A program made the position numbers and the translations under genes. 64,000 nt of DNA, taken from the IMG/VR virus record IMGVR_UViG_3300042864_001965; one strand, written 5' to 3'. Below the pieces are notes generated by a model. That model did no database searches. It was not told the origin of the DNA and was given only the letters and a program-made list of their open reading frames with translations. Numbering within the stretch: position 1 is the stretch's first letter; the number at the start of each line of letters is the position of its first letter. The DNA comes from a virus. Of this stretch, positions 26,143 to 35,056 are shown in pieces.

Positions 26143-27063
26143 CTAACTAATCTCTATGTCGTTAGCGTCAGCAAAGTCATTGACATCCATGAACCAATCT
26201 TCCCATTCATCAGGGTCGGATAGATTGACTTTATCGACTGTCCACTGTCCATGTAAATATAGCCCTGCTTTCCACTTGTCAGGATATGGATGCTTTGCTT
26301 TTTCGGTATCGTTGGGAGTAAGAATAAACTGGAGAATGTCTTTCCCCCACTTACCTTTTTTGATGCTGTAAAAACAGGATAAGGCATCAATTAAGTCGTC
26401 ACACTCTTGTTGGTAGCTAACAAAGTTCTCTGGTAGTTTAAACTTAGATTTTTTAGCCGTCGGTTTTTTATCTGATTTAGGTTCTGCTTTGGTTTCTGGT
26501 TGATTGGTTTTTAGTTGCTCATTTTCCTGTTCCAGTTGATAAATACGAGTATGTAATTGAGTAACAGATTCGTTTAGAACTGTTATTTGATTTGTTTTTC
26601 TTTGCAGTAGAGAAACTGTACATTCAAGATCATATATTTGTTGCTTTAAGTTTTCTTTTTCAATCCATGCTTTATTGAACTCTTGGTATTCTTCGTCAGG
26701 TTCACTTAACAACATAATATCAACAAGCGCAACTTGTCGTTTTTCAGAAAAAGATAACTCATCATTGGTTTTTAACCCGTTGTCAGTTTCTTGATCCTCT
26801 CGTGGGATGTATTTGCAATTATCAAGATAATCCCACAAATTATCAAATTTAACACAGTCATCTTGATCATAGTTTTCTAGTGCGTCCCAAAGCTTTTGGA
26901 TGTTATAATTTGCAACAAATAACCCTTGCGTTTTGACCGTAACATAATCACCGTTATCAGTGACTGACAATTTTTCTCCGAAACACTCTTGGTTAATTTG
27001 ATTGAGGGTGTTTTGGAAAAACCTGATAATTGTATCTCTTTCGTAAAAATTAATAGAAGTCAT
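26143..27063 (-). CDS. hypothetical protein (306 aa; start trimmed to MTSINFYERD)
   Basis: The longer track ORF runs through promoter copy 2. The N-terminus MTSINF.ERD is shared with 37138..37383. Central coiled coil. Confidence 0.5.
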   Translation of the reverse strand: MTSINFYERDTIIRFFQNTLNQINQECFGEKLSVTDNGDYVTVKTQGLFVANYNIQKLWDALENYDQDDCVKFDNLWDYLDNCKYIPREDQETDNGLKTNDELSFSEKRQVALVDIMLLSEPDEEYQEFNKAWIEKENLKQQIYDLECTVSLLQRKTNQITVLNESVTQLHTRIYQLEQENEQLKTNQPETKAEPKSDKKPTAKKSKFKLPENFVSYQQECDDLIDALSCFYSIKKGKWGKDILQFILTPNDTEKAKHPYPDKWKAGLYLHGQWTVDKVNLSDPDEWEDWFMDVNDFADANDIEIS

Positions 27064-27097
27064 TTTTTTGTCCTCTTGTGTTTGTTTGCTTAGTCTT

Positions 27098-27140
27098 ATC
27101 TTACAAAATTCTCCCAATAAAGTCAAGTATATGGGAGAAT
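27098..27140 (-). promoter_or_regulatory. promoter-operator copy 2 (TTGACT-17-TAAGAT)
   Basis: Same ATTCTCCCA-N15-TGGGAGAAT palindrome. Confidence 0.55.
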
Positions 27141-27520
27141 TATTTCTGAGCATTTGTACTACGTCTTTGTTTGTAACGTTGGTGTTGATCCTGTTTTCGT
27201 TTAGGATCGAGTTCTCGGTGTTCCAAGCAGTATCCAGAATTGTTACGGGTATTGAGTGCTGTAAATTCACCCAAAACTAAGCAGGCAGCACAGTATTTAG
27301 TTTCAGGGATAATTGCTTCTGTAGAAAAGTTGATTTCTTTTTTTGCGATTATCTGAGGAGGCTTATCACAGACCAAGGTTACTCTTGCCAAGGCTATGCC
27401 TGATAAAGAGTAATTTTGTAGCTTAACAAGACTTAAGTTAGTGTCAGTATTGTCGATTTTTTGAATAGAAGATTTTAAAACCTCAAAATCTTCTAATTTA
27501 AGAGACAAGATTAAAATCAT
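27140..27520 (-). CDS. hypothetical protein (126 aa)
   Basis: Intact ORF; contains CAAC...C..H Cys/His residues. Confidence 0.4.
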   Translation of the reverse strand: MILILSLKLEDFEVLKSSIQKIDNTDTNLSLVKLQNYSLSGIALARVTLVCDKPPQIIAKKEINFSTEAIIPETKYCAACLVLGEFTALNTRNNSGYCLEHRELDPKRKQDQHQRYKQRRSTNAQK

Positions 27521-27597
27521 AGTGGTTTTTGTTAGTGTTAATATGAAACTGAGATAATTCCCCGTTTTGATTTGGCCGATTGTTTTTATCCCATATT

Positions 27598-27630
27598 ATT
27601 CTCCCATAAAATACAAGTATATAGGAGAAT
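27598..27630 (-). promoter_or_regulatory. promoter-operator copy 3 (degenerate: TTGTAT -35, one arm mismatch)
   Basis: ATTCTCCCA-N15-TAGGAGAAT plus the conserved flank TTATTTTTGAGCAGATGTACTA. Confidence 0.4.
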
Positions 27631-27709
27631 TATTTTTGAGCAGATGTACTAATAAAAAACACTTAGCTTAGTTAAGCGTTTTTTATTGCTGACTAAGCGA
27701 TAAATGTAC

Positions 27710-28378
27710 TCATGAAGCTTTAGCCTTAATCTTGTCATCAAAAGCATCTATGATGTTTTGCCCTATTTTTGCTTTTTCAATTGCGCTAGACTTATTCCAT
27801 TCTAAGTAAGAACCTGGAATGTCAATGTTAGCGGCGACCAACTTTTTGACAGCTAACCTAGCCGCTTCTTTTTCGCTTAGATTTTCATACTTAACTGGGT
27901 TTCTAGTTTTAAATCCTACACTAGACATTATTTTTAATCCTGTTGGGATGTGATAAATGCAGTAAGCGTCATTTCCTCCCGCAGAAATCAGATAATCGCC
28001 CAAAGCTTCTCCTTTTACTTTTCTAGTTTTACCTTCTTTGTTTAGAATAGATATGGTCTGTTTGGTAAATTTTGTGTTATCGACTTCTTGAAACTTATTT
28101 ACGCATGGCATCTCACAAAAAAGATTTAATTCTAACTGTTTGGTTCTGAGTTCAATTGCTTGAGTTTCGGTTATATTGATTTGAGTATCCTTGAATTTAT
28201 TAATTGTCTTTTCTGGTTTTCGATAAAACTCGTCTTTAAATGCTTGTTTTTTCTCGATCCATTCAATAGCTGATTCTACTTTTAGAATTTCTATAACAAT
28301 CTTAGCTTTGGCACGATTGCCTTTTGTAATTTTAAGTTGAGATTCCAATCGAGCTAATTTAGTTTGTAAAGTGTTCAT
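27710..28378 (-). CDS. hypothetical protein (222 aa; start trimmed to MNTLQTKLARLES)
   Basis: The track start at 28420 overlaps the -10 of promoter copy 4. Confidence 0.45.
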   Translation of the reverse strand: MNTLQTKLARLESQLKITKGNRAKAKIVIEILKVESAIEWIEKKQAFKDEFYRKPEKTINKFKDTQINITETQAIELRTKQLELNLFCEMPCVNKFQEVDNTKFTKQTISILNKEGKTRKVKGEALGDYLISAGGNDAYCIYHIPTGLKIMSSVGFKTRNPVKYENLSEKEAARLAVKKLVAANIDIPGSYLEWNKSSAIEKAKIGQNIIDAFDDKIKAKAS

Positions 28379-28408
28379 GTCGTTGTTGTGTGTTTTGTTT
28401 ACTTTTCT

Positions 28409-28451
28409 ATTATGGATCATTCTCCCAATAAAGTCAAGTAGATGGGAGAAT
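28409..28451 (-). promoter_or_regulatory. promoter-operator copy 4 (TTGACT-17-CATAAT)
   Basis: Same palindrome and flanks as copy 1. Confidence 0.6.
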
Positions 28452-28680
28452 TATTTTTGAGCAGATGTACTAAGTATATTTACTTGTTATCATTGTAGAT
28501 AGATTGTAGATAGGGTGATCGACAACCGAAACCGTTACCATGTAAAGGTTCTAGACTTTGTTGATAATGTCGATGTCTTATAAAGGAAAAAGATAAAAGA
28601 ATAAACTAGACTGGACAATAAAAAACTGTAGAGTAAAAAAAGCAAACAAAGTCAACAGCAAGGCTGTTGGATTGTGATTC

Positions 28681-28706
28681 GATTGTAGATAACCTTATCT
28701 ACAATC
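28681..28706. repeat. palindrome-family member GATTGTAGATAA-CC-TTATCTACAATC (perfect)
   Basis: Read directly. Confidence 0.85.
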
Positions 28707-28888
28707 GAAAGCCTTGCAGGGTATAGGTTTCAAAGTTTGTTTATCTTGTTGACACTCTATACAGGGGAGAGAAAAAATAGGGAGAGATAAACGAACTGGA
28801 CAATAAGAAAAGGATAAAAAATCCTGACACAGAGAAATAGAGTAACAATACTAACAAAGTCTGAAACCTATATATATCAATGCTTTTT

Positions 28889-28913
28889 ATTGTTAATAAC
28901 CTTATCTACAATC
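28889..28913. repeat. palindrome-family member ATTGTTAATAA-CC-TTATCTACAATC
   Basis: Read directly. Confidence 0.8.
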
Positions 28914-28933
28914 TATTTACAAACTAACAAACT

Positions 28934-28961
28934 ATAAACCCCCTATGAGTCCATAGGGGGT
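28934..28961 (-). terminator. intrinsic terminator
   Basis: AAACCCCCTATG-agtc-CATAGGGGGTTT is a 12-bp perfect stem, T-rich on the minus strand after the stem. It lies downstream of 29030..29734. Confidence 0.7.
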
Positions 28962-29029
28962 TTATCTTGAATGTCGGGGTGAAGACCCTCGCTTTTAGCG
29001 ATGGGAGTGTCAAATGGGTTTAGGTATTT

Positions 29030-29734
29030 TTACCGTTTTTTATCGTTTCTCATAAGCATTCGACCGCCTCGCCATCCCCGTGCTTTTTCTCGTTCGGTTT
29101 CAAGTAGGTTAAATTTAGCTATGTCGCGCTCTTTTTCAGCGTGTAATTCTTCGATCACTAGCCGCTTATAGTCAAGCATCGAGTTTTTACTGCTAAAGTC
29201 AGCGATCATAGTCTTTTGAGTTTTGATCAACTCCTCTAGTATTTGCTTCTCTTCGCTTAGTTTGACGATTTGGCTCTCAAGTTGCCTTACCTCTTTAATT
29301 GCCTCGCTCTTGACGCGAAAACCAGCTAATGTGTGAAGGAATAATCGGACTCCTAGCTTAAGCACTTGAGAGGCTAACTCAGGATTATCCTTTGGCAACC
29401 ACTTACAGATTAGGTCTTCTGGGATTAGATAAACCCCTTGCAACCCGCCCTCTGTTTGAATTTGAGCCTGTTTTAGCAATCCTAATCCTAACCCCATTGT
29501 GTTACCCCCTTGTAACCCGCTCCCTGTTTGAATTTGAGGGTGATTTGGAGATTCAGAAGTTACCCCCTTGCTATCTTCTTTAGATAGCCGGTTTAATCGC
29601 ATAGTGATAGCGTTGTGGCTTTTCCCGGACATACGAGCATATCCTTTGATTGAGGCAAAGCTTTCACCGGTCTGAGTGTCGATAATTAGCTCAATGCCGT
29701 CGTGATCAAAACGTTGTAAAATTAGATCAGCCAT
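29030..29734 (-). CDS. putative DNA-binding regulator (Bro-N/antirepressor-like N-terminus plus coiled coil), paralog of 43265..43789
   Basis: LQRFDHDGIELIIDTQTGESFASIKGYARMSGK and LKLGVRLFLHTLAGFRVKSEAI are shared with the paralog. Confidence 0.45.
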   Translation of the reverse strand: MADLILQRFDHDGIELIIDTQTGESFASIKGYARMSGKSHNAITMRLNRLSKEDSKGVTSESPNHPQIQTGSGLQGGNTMGLGLGLLKQAQIQTEGGLQGVYLIPEDLICKWLPKDNPELASQVLKLGVRLFLHTLAGFRVKSEAIKEVRQLESQIVKLSEEKQILEELIKTQKTMIADFSSKNSMLDYKRLVIEELHAEKERDIAKFNLLETEREKARGWRGGRMLMRNDKKR

Positions 29735-29763
29735 GTTAGCCTCTACAGTAGGTTGACTTGGTT

Positions 29764-29787
29764 AGTCCCTCGCGTCAACGAGGGCAT
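29764..29787 (-). promoter_or_regulatory. conserved leader hairpin (copy B) downstream of TACAAT (29794-29799)
   Basis: Minus strand reads ATGCCCTCGttgacgCGAGGGACTAACC. The stem carries a compensatory C-G to U-A change relative to copies A and C. Confidence 0.6.
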
Positions 29788-29819
29788 ATTAATATTGTAC
29801 TACATTAAATAATCAATTA

Positions 29820-29851
29820 TTCCCTAATATAGAATTTTCTATATTAGGGAA
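29820..29851. promoter_or_regulatory. 32-bp perfect palindrome TTCCCTAATATAGAA-TT-TTCTATATTAGGGAA (operator candidate)
   Basis: Read directly. It lies where a -35 would be for the TACAAT at 29794. Confidence 0.6.
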
Positions 29852-30009
29852 TCTGAACACAAAAAAAAACGAGAATCGGGAAACCTATTAACAGTAGCAA
29901 CAAACTAATAAAACGTATATATATCAATACTTTTCACTGTTAATACACTTCTAACAGATTGTTAGCAGTGTATTAACTAAAAACCCGTCAATTGATTGAC
30001 GGGTTTTGA

Positions 30010-30255
30010 TTAATTAAATTTTTTGTACTCTTGTAGTATTAGGTCGGTTGCCTCCTCAATTTGGTTTCCTTTTGATAGCAGTTCAAGGACTTTAGCCAAA
30101 ACTTGCCTAACTCGTTCTTTACCTATTCCTAATTCTGCTGTAGTTGATGCCACTCTAAAGCGATAGTTCCGATGCCGGGAAGTAACAGGCACTGGGTCAA
30201 GATTGTTGTTTTTTGCCCACACTAGATAGATGTAGGCTTGTCTAGGTGTTATCAC
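30010..30255 (-). CDS. small HTH protein with sigma-70 region-4-like motif
   Basis: AELGIGKERVRQVLAKVLELL; the track start is GTG, so the true start is uncertain. Confidence 0.45.
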   Translation of the reverse strand: MITPRQAYIYLVWAKNNNLDPVPVTSRHRNYRFRVASTTAELGIGKERVRQVLAKVLELLSKGNQIEEATDLILQEYKKFN

Positions 30256-30268
30256 TTTTGCCCAAAGC

Positions 30269-30303
30269 AGTTATTCCAGTGGCAGTAAATCACTGGAATA
30301 ACT
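30269..30303. promoter_or_regulatory. 13-bp perfect stem-loop AGTTATTCCAGTG-9 nt-CACTGGAATAACT
   Basis: Read directly. It sits between the repeat element and the start of 30010..30255, and has no clear U-run. Confidence 0.5.
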
Positions 30304-30321
30304 AAGAATCTATTTAAAATA

Positions 30322-30599
30322 ATAAGCACTAAACCAAGTGCGTGCGTCAGCCGACTACTATTTCAAATCGGTTACTGGGCTTACACCAGCAAGCTTAGGA
30401 TGATTCATTAACCAGTCTCACCAGCCGACTACTATTTCAAGTCGGTTACTGATCTGCCCAGTAGCTTATGGAGGCTCTAATTAATGGATGCACTTCATTA
30501 ACCAGTCTCACCAGCCGACTACTATTTCAAGTCGGTTACTGATCCGCCCAGTAGCTTATGGAGGCTCTAATTAATGGATGCACTTGGTTTAGTGCTTAT
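30322..30599 (-). ncRNA. candidate structured non-coding element: 20-bp perfect inverted repeat enclosing three 30-nt hairpin motifs
   Basis: The arms are ATAAGCACTAAACCAAGTGC (30322-30341) and GCACTTGGTTTAGTGCTTAT (30580-30599). The motif CAGCCGACTACTATTTCAA[A/G]TCGGTTACTG occurs at 30348, 30422 and 30512. There is a 90-nt tandem duplication (30405-30494 and 30495-30584) with one mismatch. No ORF is present. The strand is inferred from the upstream element at 30625..30679. Confidence 0.4.
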
Positions 30600-30624
30600 A
30601 TTCTAAATATATCATGATAATTTT

Positions 30625-30679
30625 CAGGTAGTTGGCGAAGTGTGACAGTTTATCAAGTGTCACTGTGGATACTTTTGTA
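30625..30679 (-). promoter_or_regulatory. second copy of the GTGACA-N10-TGTCAC element (see 81..134)
   Basis: Its reverse complement aligns almost base for base with 81..134. It sits 5 nt after the methyltransferase stop. Confidence 0.5.
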
Positions 30680-30683
30680 CTGA

Positions 30684-31730
30684 TTATTCTGTAAACCACT
30701 GTAAATAAATCTGATGCGCTATCTGTGCAGTCATTACAGGCGGTACACTCATTCCTATTAAATAATTTGGTTTAATATTTTTAAAGTTGTAATCAAGCGG
30801 ATAGCTACCAATCATTTTAACTTCATCCATTGTTATTCTATTTGGATGATCAAATCTTATTGGGACAGAATCTTCACTTGCTACTGTAGTAGGAGAAATC
30901 TGGTTATCGTGAATAAATTTAGCTTGAAATCTTTTTCTTTTATTTCCAATTCTTTCGTGAATACTCGCTAAATCTTGATCTGTTTTTATTCTTTTATCCC
31001 ATACAGCTTTTGTTTCATTGGTTAATTCTTTTCCTAATTTTTTTGACTTAAATTCACTATAAATAATTGATTTTTCATCAAAACTTAACTCTAGATTTTT
31101 AAAGTTTAAATCATTCCTTTGGCAAATAAAAAATACTCGCTCACGTTTTTGAGGCACTCCCATGCTCGCAGCGTTCAAAAGAAATAACTGTACTTTATAT
31201 CCTGCTTTTTCAAATTCATCTTTTATTCGCTTTACATACGCTTTGGCATTACCTTGAATAATTCCTTTAACATTTTCAGCGATAACGACCTTTGGCTGTA
31301 GTTTTTTTGCTAATCGTATGTAATCAAAGAAAAGGTCATCAAGTCGCTGTTTAGCCTGACCTTCCCTAAATACCTTTTCTTTCCCCCAGTCTTTTTCTCT
31401 ATTTCCTGCCATGCTAAATGAAGAGCAGGGAGGTGAGCCGTCTAAAATATCTAGGTTATAAAGTTCATTAGGAAAGATTGTACGATCAGCAAAATCTCTT
31501 ATATCTTCAATAAATAAATATTTAGGATTGTGGTTAACTTTATATACATCAGCTACCTGCGAGTCTATTTCAACACCTCCTAAATGGTCAAAACCTGCTA
31601 ACTTGTAACCCATAGTCGAACCACCGCCACAGATAAAAGTACCAAATACTTTTAACCCATGTTTTTCAATTCCGGGTGCTGGGTATCCATCTGACAAATT
31701 CCACTTATATGCAAATTTATGTTTAGTCAT
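30684..31730 (-). CDS. dcm: DNA (cytosine-5)-methyltransferase
   Basis: Motif I FICGGGSTMGY, motif IV GSPPCSSFS, motif VI AENVKG, motif VIII QKRERVFFI. Confidence 0.9.
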   Translation of the reverse strand: MTKHKFAYKWNLSDGYPAPGIEKHGLKVFGTFICGGGSTMGYKLAGFDHLGGVEIDSQVADVYKVNHNPKYLFIEDIRDFADRTIFPNELYNLDILDGSPPCSSFSMAGNREKDWGKEKVFREGQAKQRLDDLFFDYIRLAKKLQPKVVIAENVKGIIQGNAKAYVKRIKDEFEKAGYKVQLFLLNAASMGVPQKRERVFFICQRNDLNFKNLELSFDEKSIIYSEFKSKKLGKELTNETKAVWDKRIKTDQDLASIHERIGNKRKRFQAKFIHDNQISPTTVASEDSVPIRFDHPNRITMDEVKMIGSYPLDYNFKNIKPNYLIGMSVPPVMTAQIAHQIYLQWFTE

Positions 31731-32427
31731 TACCTAAAAGCTTCCATACTGCTTGTTCGGGTGTCGATGCTATTTTACTTAATTGTTCTTTTACTTGCCA
31801 GTATTCATTTTCGGTATAACTTAATTTAATTATCATTTGCCCATCCATACCCTCGATGTCAATTTCTTTGTTTTTTCCCGAAAAATTATTTGTTATATTC
31901 GATTCAAAATTATCAGAATTATCTAAATTATCTGAAGTATTTAAAGCTTCTAGGATTGAATTTAAATCGCCGATTACTCCTAAATTCTCCCCCTCTTCAT
32001 CAAGGTATTCAGCTTGGCTAATTAGTAAGTCAGTATCAAAAAGCTTTAATTCCGTAGCAAGGTCAAGCCCCGCCCCGTGAATCGTAGAATGGTTGTGAAT
32101 AATCGAGTATTTTATAGCTTGAGCCTCATTTTTAGCGTGAACTCCTACTAAAATAGGAACCATCCACTCCCCATCATTGTCAATATCTATACCTCTAGGT
32201 CGATCTATTTTGCGCTTGTTAATTGCTAATAGTGCGGCACACCGATCATGACCCTCAGTAATCCCCCCTTTTCCGCCGTTTAAGCTCGGATCGTAGCCAA
32301 TTGGGTCTTTAAATCCCAACTCCAATATTGAAGCTATGGTGTTTTCAGTGGCGTGTTTTTTGGAATTACCCTTTAGTTGTTTTAGGTCGCAAAGCCGTCG
32401 ATACTCGATTTCTAATTTATCTCTCAT
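31723..32427 (-). CDS. ParB-like nuclease-domain protein
   Basis: KKHATENTIASILELGFKDPIGY...ITEGHDRCAAL resembles a ParB N-terminal domain. The start is trimmed to MRDKLEIEY because the track start is TTG. Confidence 0.45.
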   Translation of the reverse strand: MRDKLEIEYRRLCDLKQLKGNSKKHATENTIASILELGFKDPIGYDPSLNGGKGGITEGHDRCAALLAINKRKIDRPRGIDIDNDGEWMVPILVGVHAKNEAQAIKYSIIHNHSTIHGAGLDLATELKLFDTDLLISQAEYLDEEGENLGVIGDLNSILEALNTSDNLDNSDNFESNITNNFSGKNKEIDIEGMDGQMIIKLSYTENEYWQVKEQLSKIASTPEQAVWKLLGND

Positions 32428-32468
32428 GATTGATGTAAGATTAAGTAACTCTACTACTATAATAACCA

Positions 32469-33233
32469 ATGGTTGTCACTAATCGAGGCAGAAAGCGTAC
32501 ATACTCTATTCATGAAGAGGTAATCGAGTTTACCAAATATCCTATCTGGGAACAGCAAGAACTAGAAACCCCTGATTGGTTTGAAAGATTTCAGATTTTT
32601 TACCTTCCTATTCCATCAGGCTATCGCACTTTAAACCGAGCTTACAGTAACTGTGGGGAAGCTTCTGGGGAACAAATAGAAAAAACTAAATTTAAACGAG
32701 CTAAAACTGTCCCCGATGACTGGCAGTTAGCACACAAAAATTATCGGTGGGAAGAAAGAGCAAAAGCCTATTGGCTTTTAAAAATTCAAGAGCAACAAGC
32801 TTACACCGATAGCATTTTACGAGAAATCCGAGAGAAGACTCTAAAGATTACTCTAAAAAACCTCGAAAAGATTGAACAGATGACTAATTATCCGATTTCT
32901 CGCCGTCGGATAGATTCTGTAGATGAATCGGGCCGACCGATTGCCATAACAATTGAACCTAACGGAAATTGGAATCATAGAGACGCAGTGACTATGGCTA
33001 AAACGTTGACTGATACCTTTGAAAAAGTTTTAGGTTTTGACACCATCGAGTACGCAATTAATATTGTTCAAAAGCACGGATTAGCTGTTATTGACCCTGA
33101 CGGAAAACTTATAGGACATCCTGGCATAGAGAAACTCGATGACGGACTGACCTCGATTATTCGTGATAGTGCAGAATTTGATGATGATGTAATGGTTCCC
33201 ACTAGGATAAGCGATGACGATGAAAGCGAGTAA
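32469..33233 (+). CDS. putative terminase small subunit
   Basis: Call rests on position: it lies directly upstream of, and overlaps, the terminase large subunit gene. Confidence 0.35.
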   Translation: MVVTNRGRKRTYSIHEEVIEFTKYPIWEQQELETPDWFERFQIFYLPIPSGYRTLNRAYSNCGEASGEQIEKTKFKRAKTVPDDWQLAHKNYRWEERAKAYWLLKIQEQQAYTDSILREIREKTLKITLKNLEKIEQMTNYPISRRRIDSVDESGRPIAITIEPNGNWNHRDAVTMAKTLTDTFEKVLGFDTIEYAINIVQKHGLAVIDPDGKLIGHPGIEKLDDGLTSIIRDSAEFDDDVMVPTRISDDDESE

Positions 33234-34869
33234 ATTATCATTAAAAAATCTCTCAAAGATAAAAACAGCGACCGAAAAATATCGACTTGTTAACACCAAA
33301 GAAGAAATTGTTTTTCCTCAATTACAAGAGGGAAAACAAGCTTTATTTGGGAAAATTGACGCTGATGTAATTATATTCGGTGGAGCCGCAGGAGCAGGAA
33401 AGACCAGAGCCTTATTAACTGATTTTGTTCGTCAAGAATATATTGACAATCCTGATTACCGGGCTGTCATGTTTCGCCGGACTTATCCTGAATTTACTCA
33501 AGCTGGGGGATTAGTAGATGAAAGTCGTAAAATCTATTATCCTATCAAGGGTACTTTTATAGAAAAGCCTAGTCTTGAATGGCGGTTTCCTAGTGGTGCT
33601 AGGGTATCTTTTAGGCATTTACAGCATGAAAAAACCGTGCATATTTATCAAGGCTCTCAGATTACTAGGATCGGTTTTGACGAACTAACCCATTTTACGC
33701 AGGAACAGTTTTTCTATCTTCTCTCTAGAAACCGGTCTGTATCAGGAATTAAACCCGCTGTTAGAGCAACCTGTAACCCCGACGCTGATTCATGGGTAGC
33801 TAGGTTTATCTCTTGGTGGATCAACCCAAAAGACGGCTATGCTATTGAAGAAAGGTCGGGAATAGTTCGATACTTTATTAGGCAGGGAGATACGGTTTAT
33901 TGGGCTGATAATAAACAAGAATTAATTGATAAATTTAGCCTTAAAGATAAGCTTTTTGAAATGATTCCTAATAATATTCAAAAAAAGTTTTTATTAAATG
34001 AAGAAATAAGCATTAAACCAGAAGACTTAATCAAGAGTTTTACTTTTATTCCTGCCACGATTTTTGATAATAGAGAACTGATAAAAGTTAACCCTACCTA
34101 CTTAGCTAACCTTTATTCACTTCATCAAGTTGAACGAGAAAGACTTCTTAGGGGTAACTGGAAGATTAAATACGAAGCTGGTACAGTATTTGATCGGACT
34201 TGGTTTGAGATTCTCGACAAAATACCCGATGATTGGAAGTTAATAGGTAAAGTAAGATTCTGGGATTTAGCGGCAACTGCTAAAGAGAATGCTGAGAACT
34301 ATCATTGCTATACCAGTGGCACTCTTGTCTATAAATACCAAAGAATTAAAAGCACATTGCCAGATTCAACTGAAATCAAGGAATTTGCTTATGTGATTGC
34401 CGATAATATCTGTGAGCAGAAAAAGGTAGGGGAAGTTGAGTTAATGCTTAAAAATACTGCTGAATTGGATGGGAAAACTGTAGCTGTAAGATGGGAACAG
34501 GAAGGGGGGTCGAGCGGTAAATTTGTTGAAAATACCATTACTAATGTAATTAGAGAAAATCATCCGAACCATGACATTAAAGCGATCGTACCTCAAGGGG
34601 ATAAACTAACGCGGGCTTTGCCAGTAGCCACGGCAGCTAGTCGGGGACAAATCTTTATCTTAAGAGATGGGACGTGGAACACTCGGTTTTTAAATGCCTG
34701 TCAAGGTTTTGATGGCAGCAAAAAAACACCCCCGACTAATGACATCGTAGATAGTCTATCAGGGGCATTTTATTCTCTTGAAAATGAGTTTCAGGGACAT
34801 GAAAAGGTTATTAGCACGATTGTTACTTCTGCTCCTGTTAATCGGTTTAGGAGCGGTTTTAGGGGTTAG
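33214..34869 (+). CDS. terL: terminase large subunit
   Basis: Walker A GGAAGAGKT, a Walker B-like RIGFDELTHF, and a C-terminal nuclease-like region; 551 aa. Confidence 0.85.
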   Translation: MTMKASKLSLKNLSKIKTATEKYRLVNTKEEIVFPQLQEGKQALFGKIDADVIIFGGAAGAGKTRALLTDFVRQEYIDNPDYRAVMFRRTYPEFTQAGGLVDESRKIYYPIKGTFIEKPSLEWRFPSGARVSFRHLQHEKTVHIYQGSQITRIGFDELTHFTQEQFFYLLSRNRSVSGIKPAVRATCNPDADSWVARFISWWINPKDGYAIEERSGIVRYFIRQGDTVYWADNKQELIDKFSLKDKLFEMIPNNIQKKFLLNEEISIKPEDLIKSFTFIPATIFDNRELIKVNPTYLANLYSLHQVERERLLRGNWKIKYEAGTVFDRTWFEILDKIPDDWKLIGKVRFWDLAATAKENAENYHCYTSGTLVYKYQRIKSTLPDSTEIKEFAYVIADNICEQKKVGEVELMLKNTAELDGKTVAVRWEQEGGSSGKFVENTITNVIRENHPNHDIKAIVPQGDKLTRALPVATAASRGQIFILRDGTWNTRFLNACQGFDGSKKTPPTNDIVDSLSGAFYSLENEFQGHEKVISTIVTSAPVNRFRSGFRG

Positions 34870-34879
34870 TATTAGTAGT

Positions 34880-35056
34880 TCATCCACATTCCCAAACGAT
34901 ACCAGAAGTATTAATGTTAATACGCTCTATTTCGATTGGATTGTCGTTATTGCTATCAAAATAGCTGCACCAATGCCAGATAGCCTCTGGTTCTGATTTT
35001 GCTGCAATAAGAAGACTAAATGATGTAACTGAATCTTTAATTAAATACAGATTCAT
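34880..35056 (-). CDS. hypothetical small protein (58 aa)
   Basis: Not in the ORF track. GAGGA Shine-Dalgarno; lies downstream of the HTH gene. Confidence 0.4.
   Translation of the reverse strand: MNLYLIKDSVTSFSLLIAAKSEPEAIWHWCSYFDSNNDNPIEIERININTSGIVWECG

Noticed and set aside
26143-28420. Long N-terminal extensions of track ORFs 26143..27270 and 27710..28420 (likewise 38303..38875, 38890..39210 and 31723..32469)
   Set aside because: The extensions run through conserved promoter-operator copies or heptamer tracts, or they begin at TTG. Internal ATGs with good Shine-Dalgarno sequences lie just downstream of those elements, so the starts were trimmed.
30322-30599. A second mini-CRISPR array, or a retron msr/msd
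   Set aside because: The sequences between hairpin copies 2 and 3 and after copy 3 are identical. This is a 90-nt tandem duplication, not unique spacers. No reverse transcriptase gene is nearby. The similarity to the CRISPR repeat is limited to three short blocks and could be chance in AT-rich DNA.
34778-34996. Plus-strand 72-aa ORF overlapping the terminase 3' end
   Set aside because: It overlaps terL out of frame. The space beyond it is better explained by a minus-strand 58-aa ORF (34880..35056) with a GAGGA Shine-Dalgarno.
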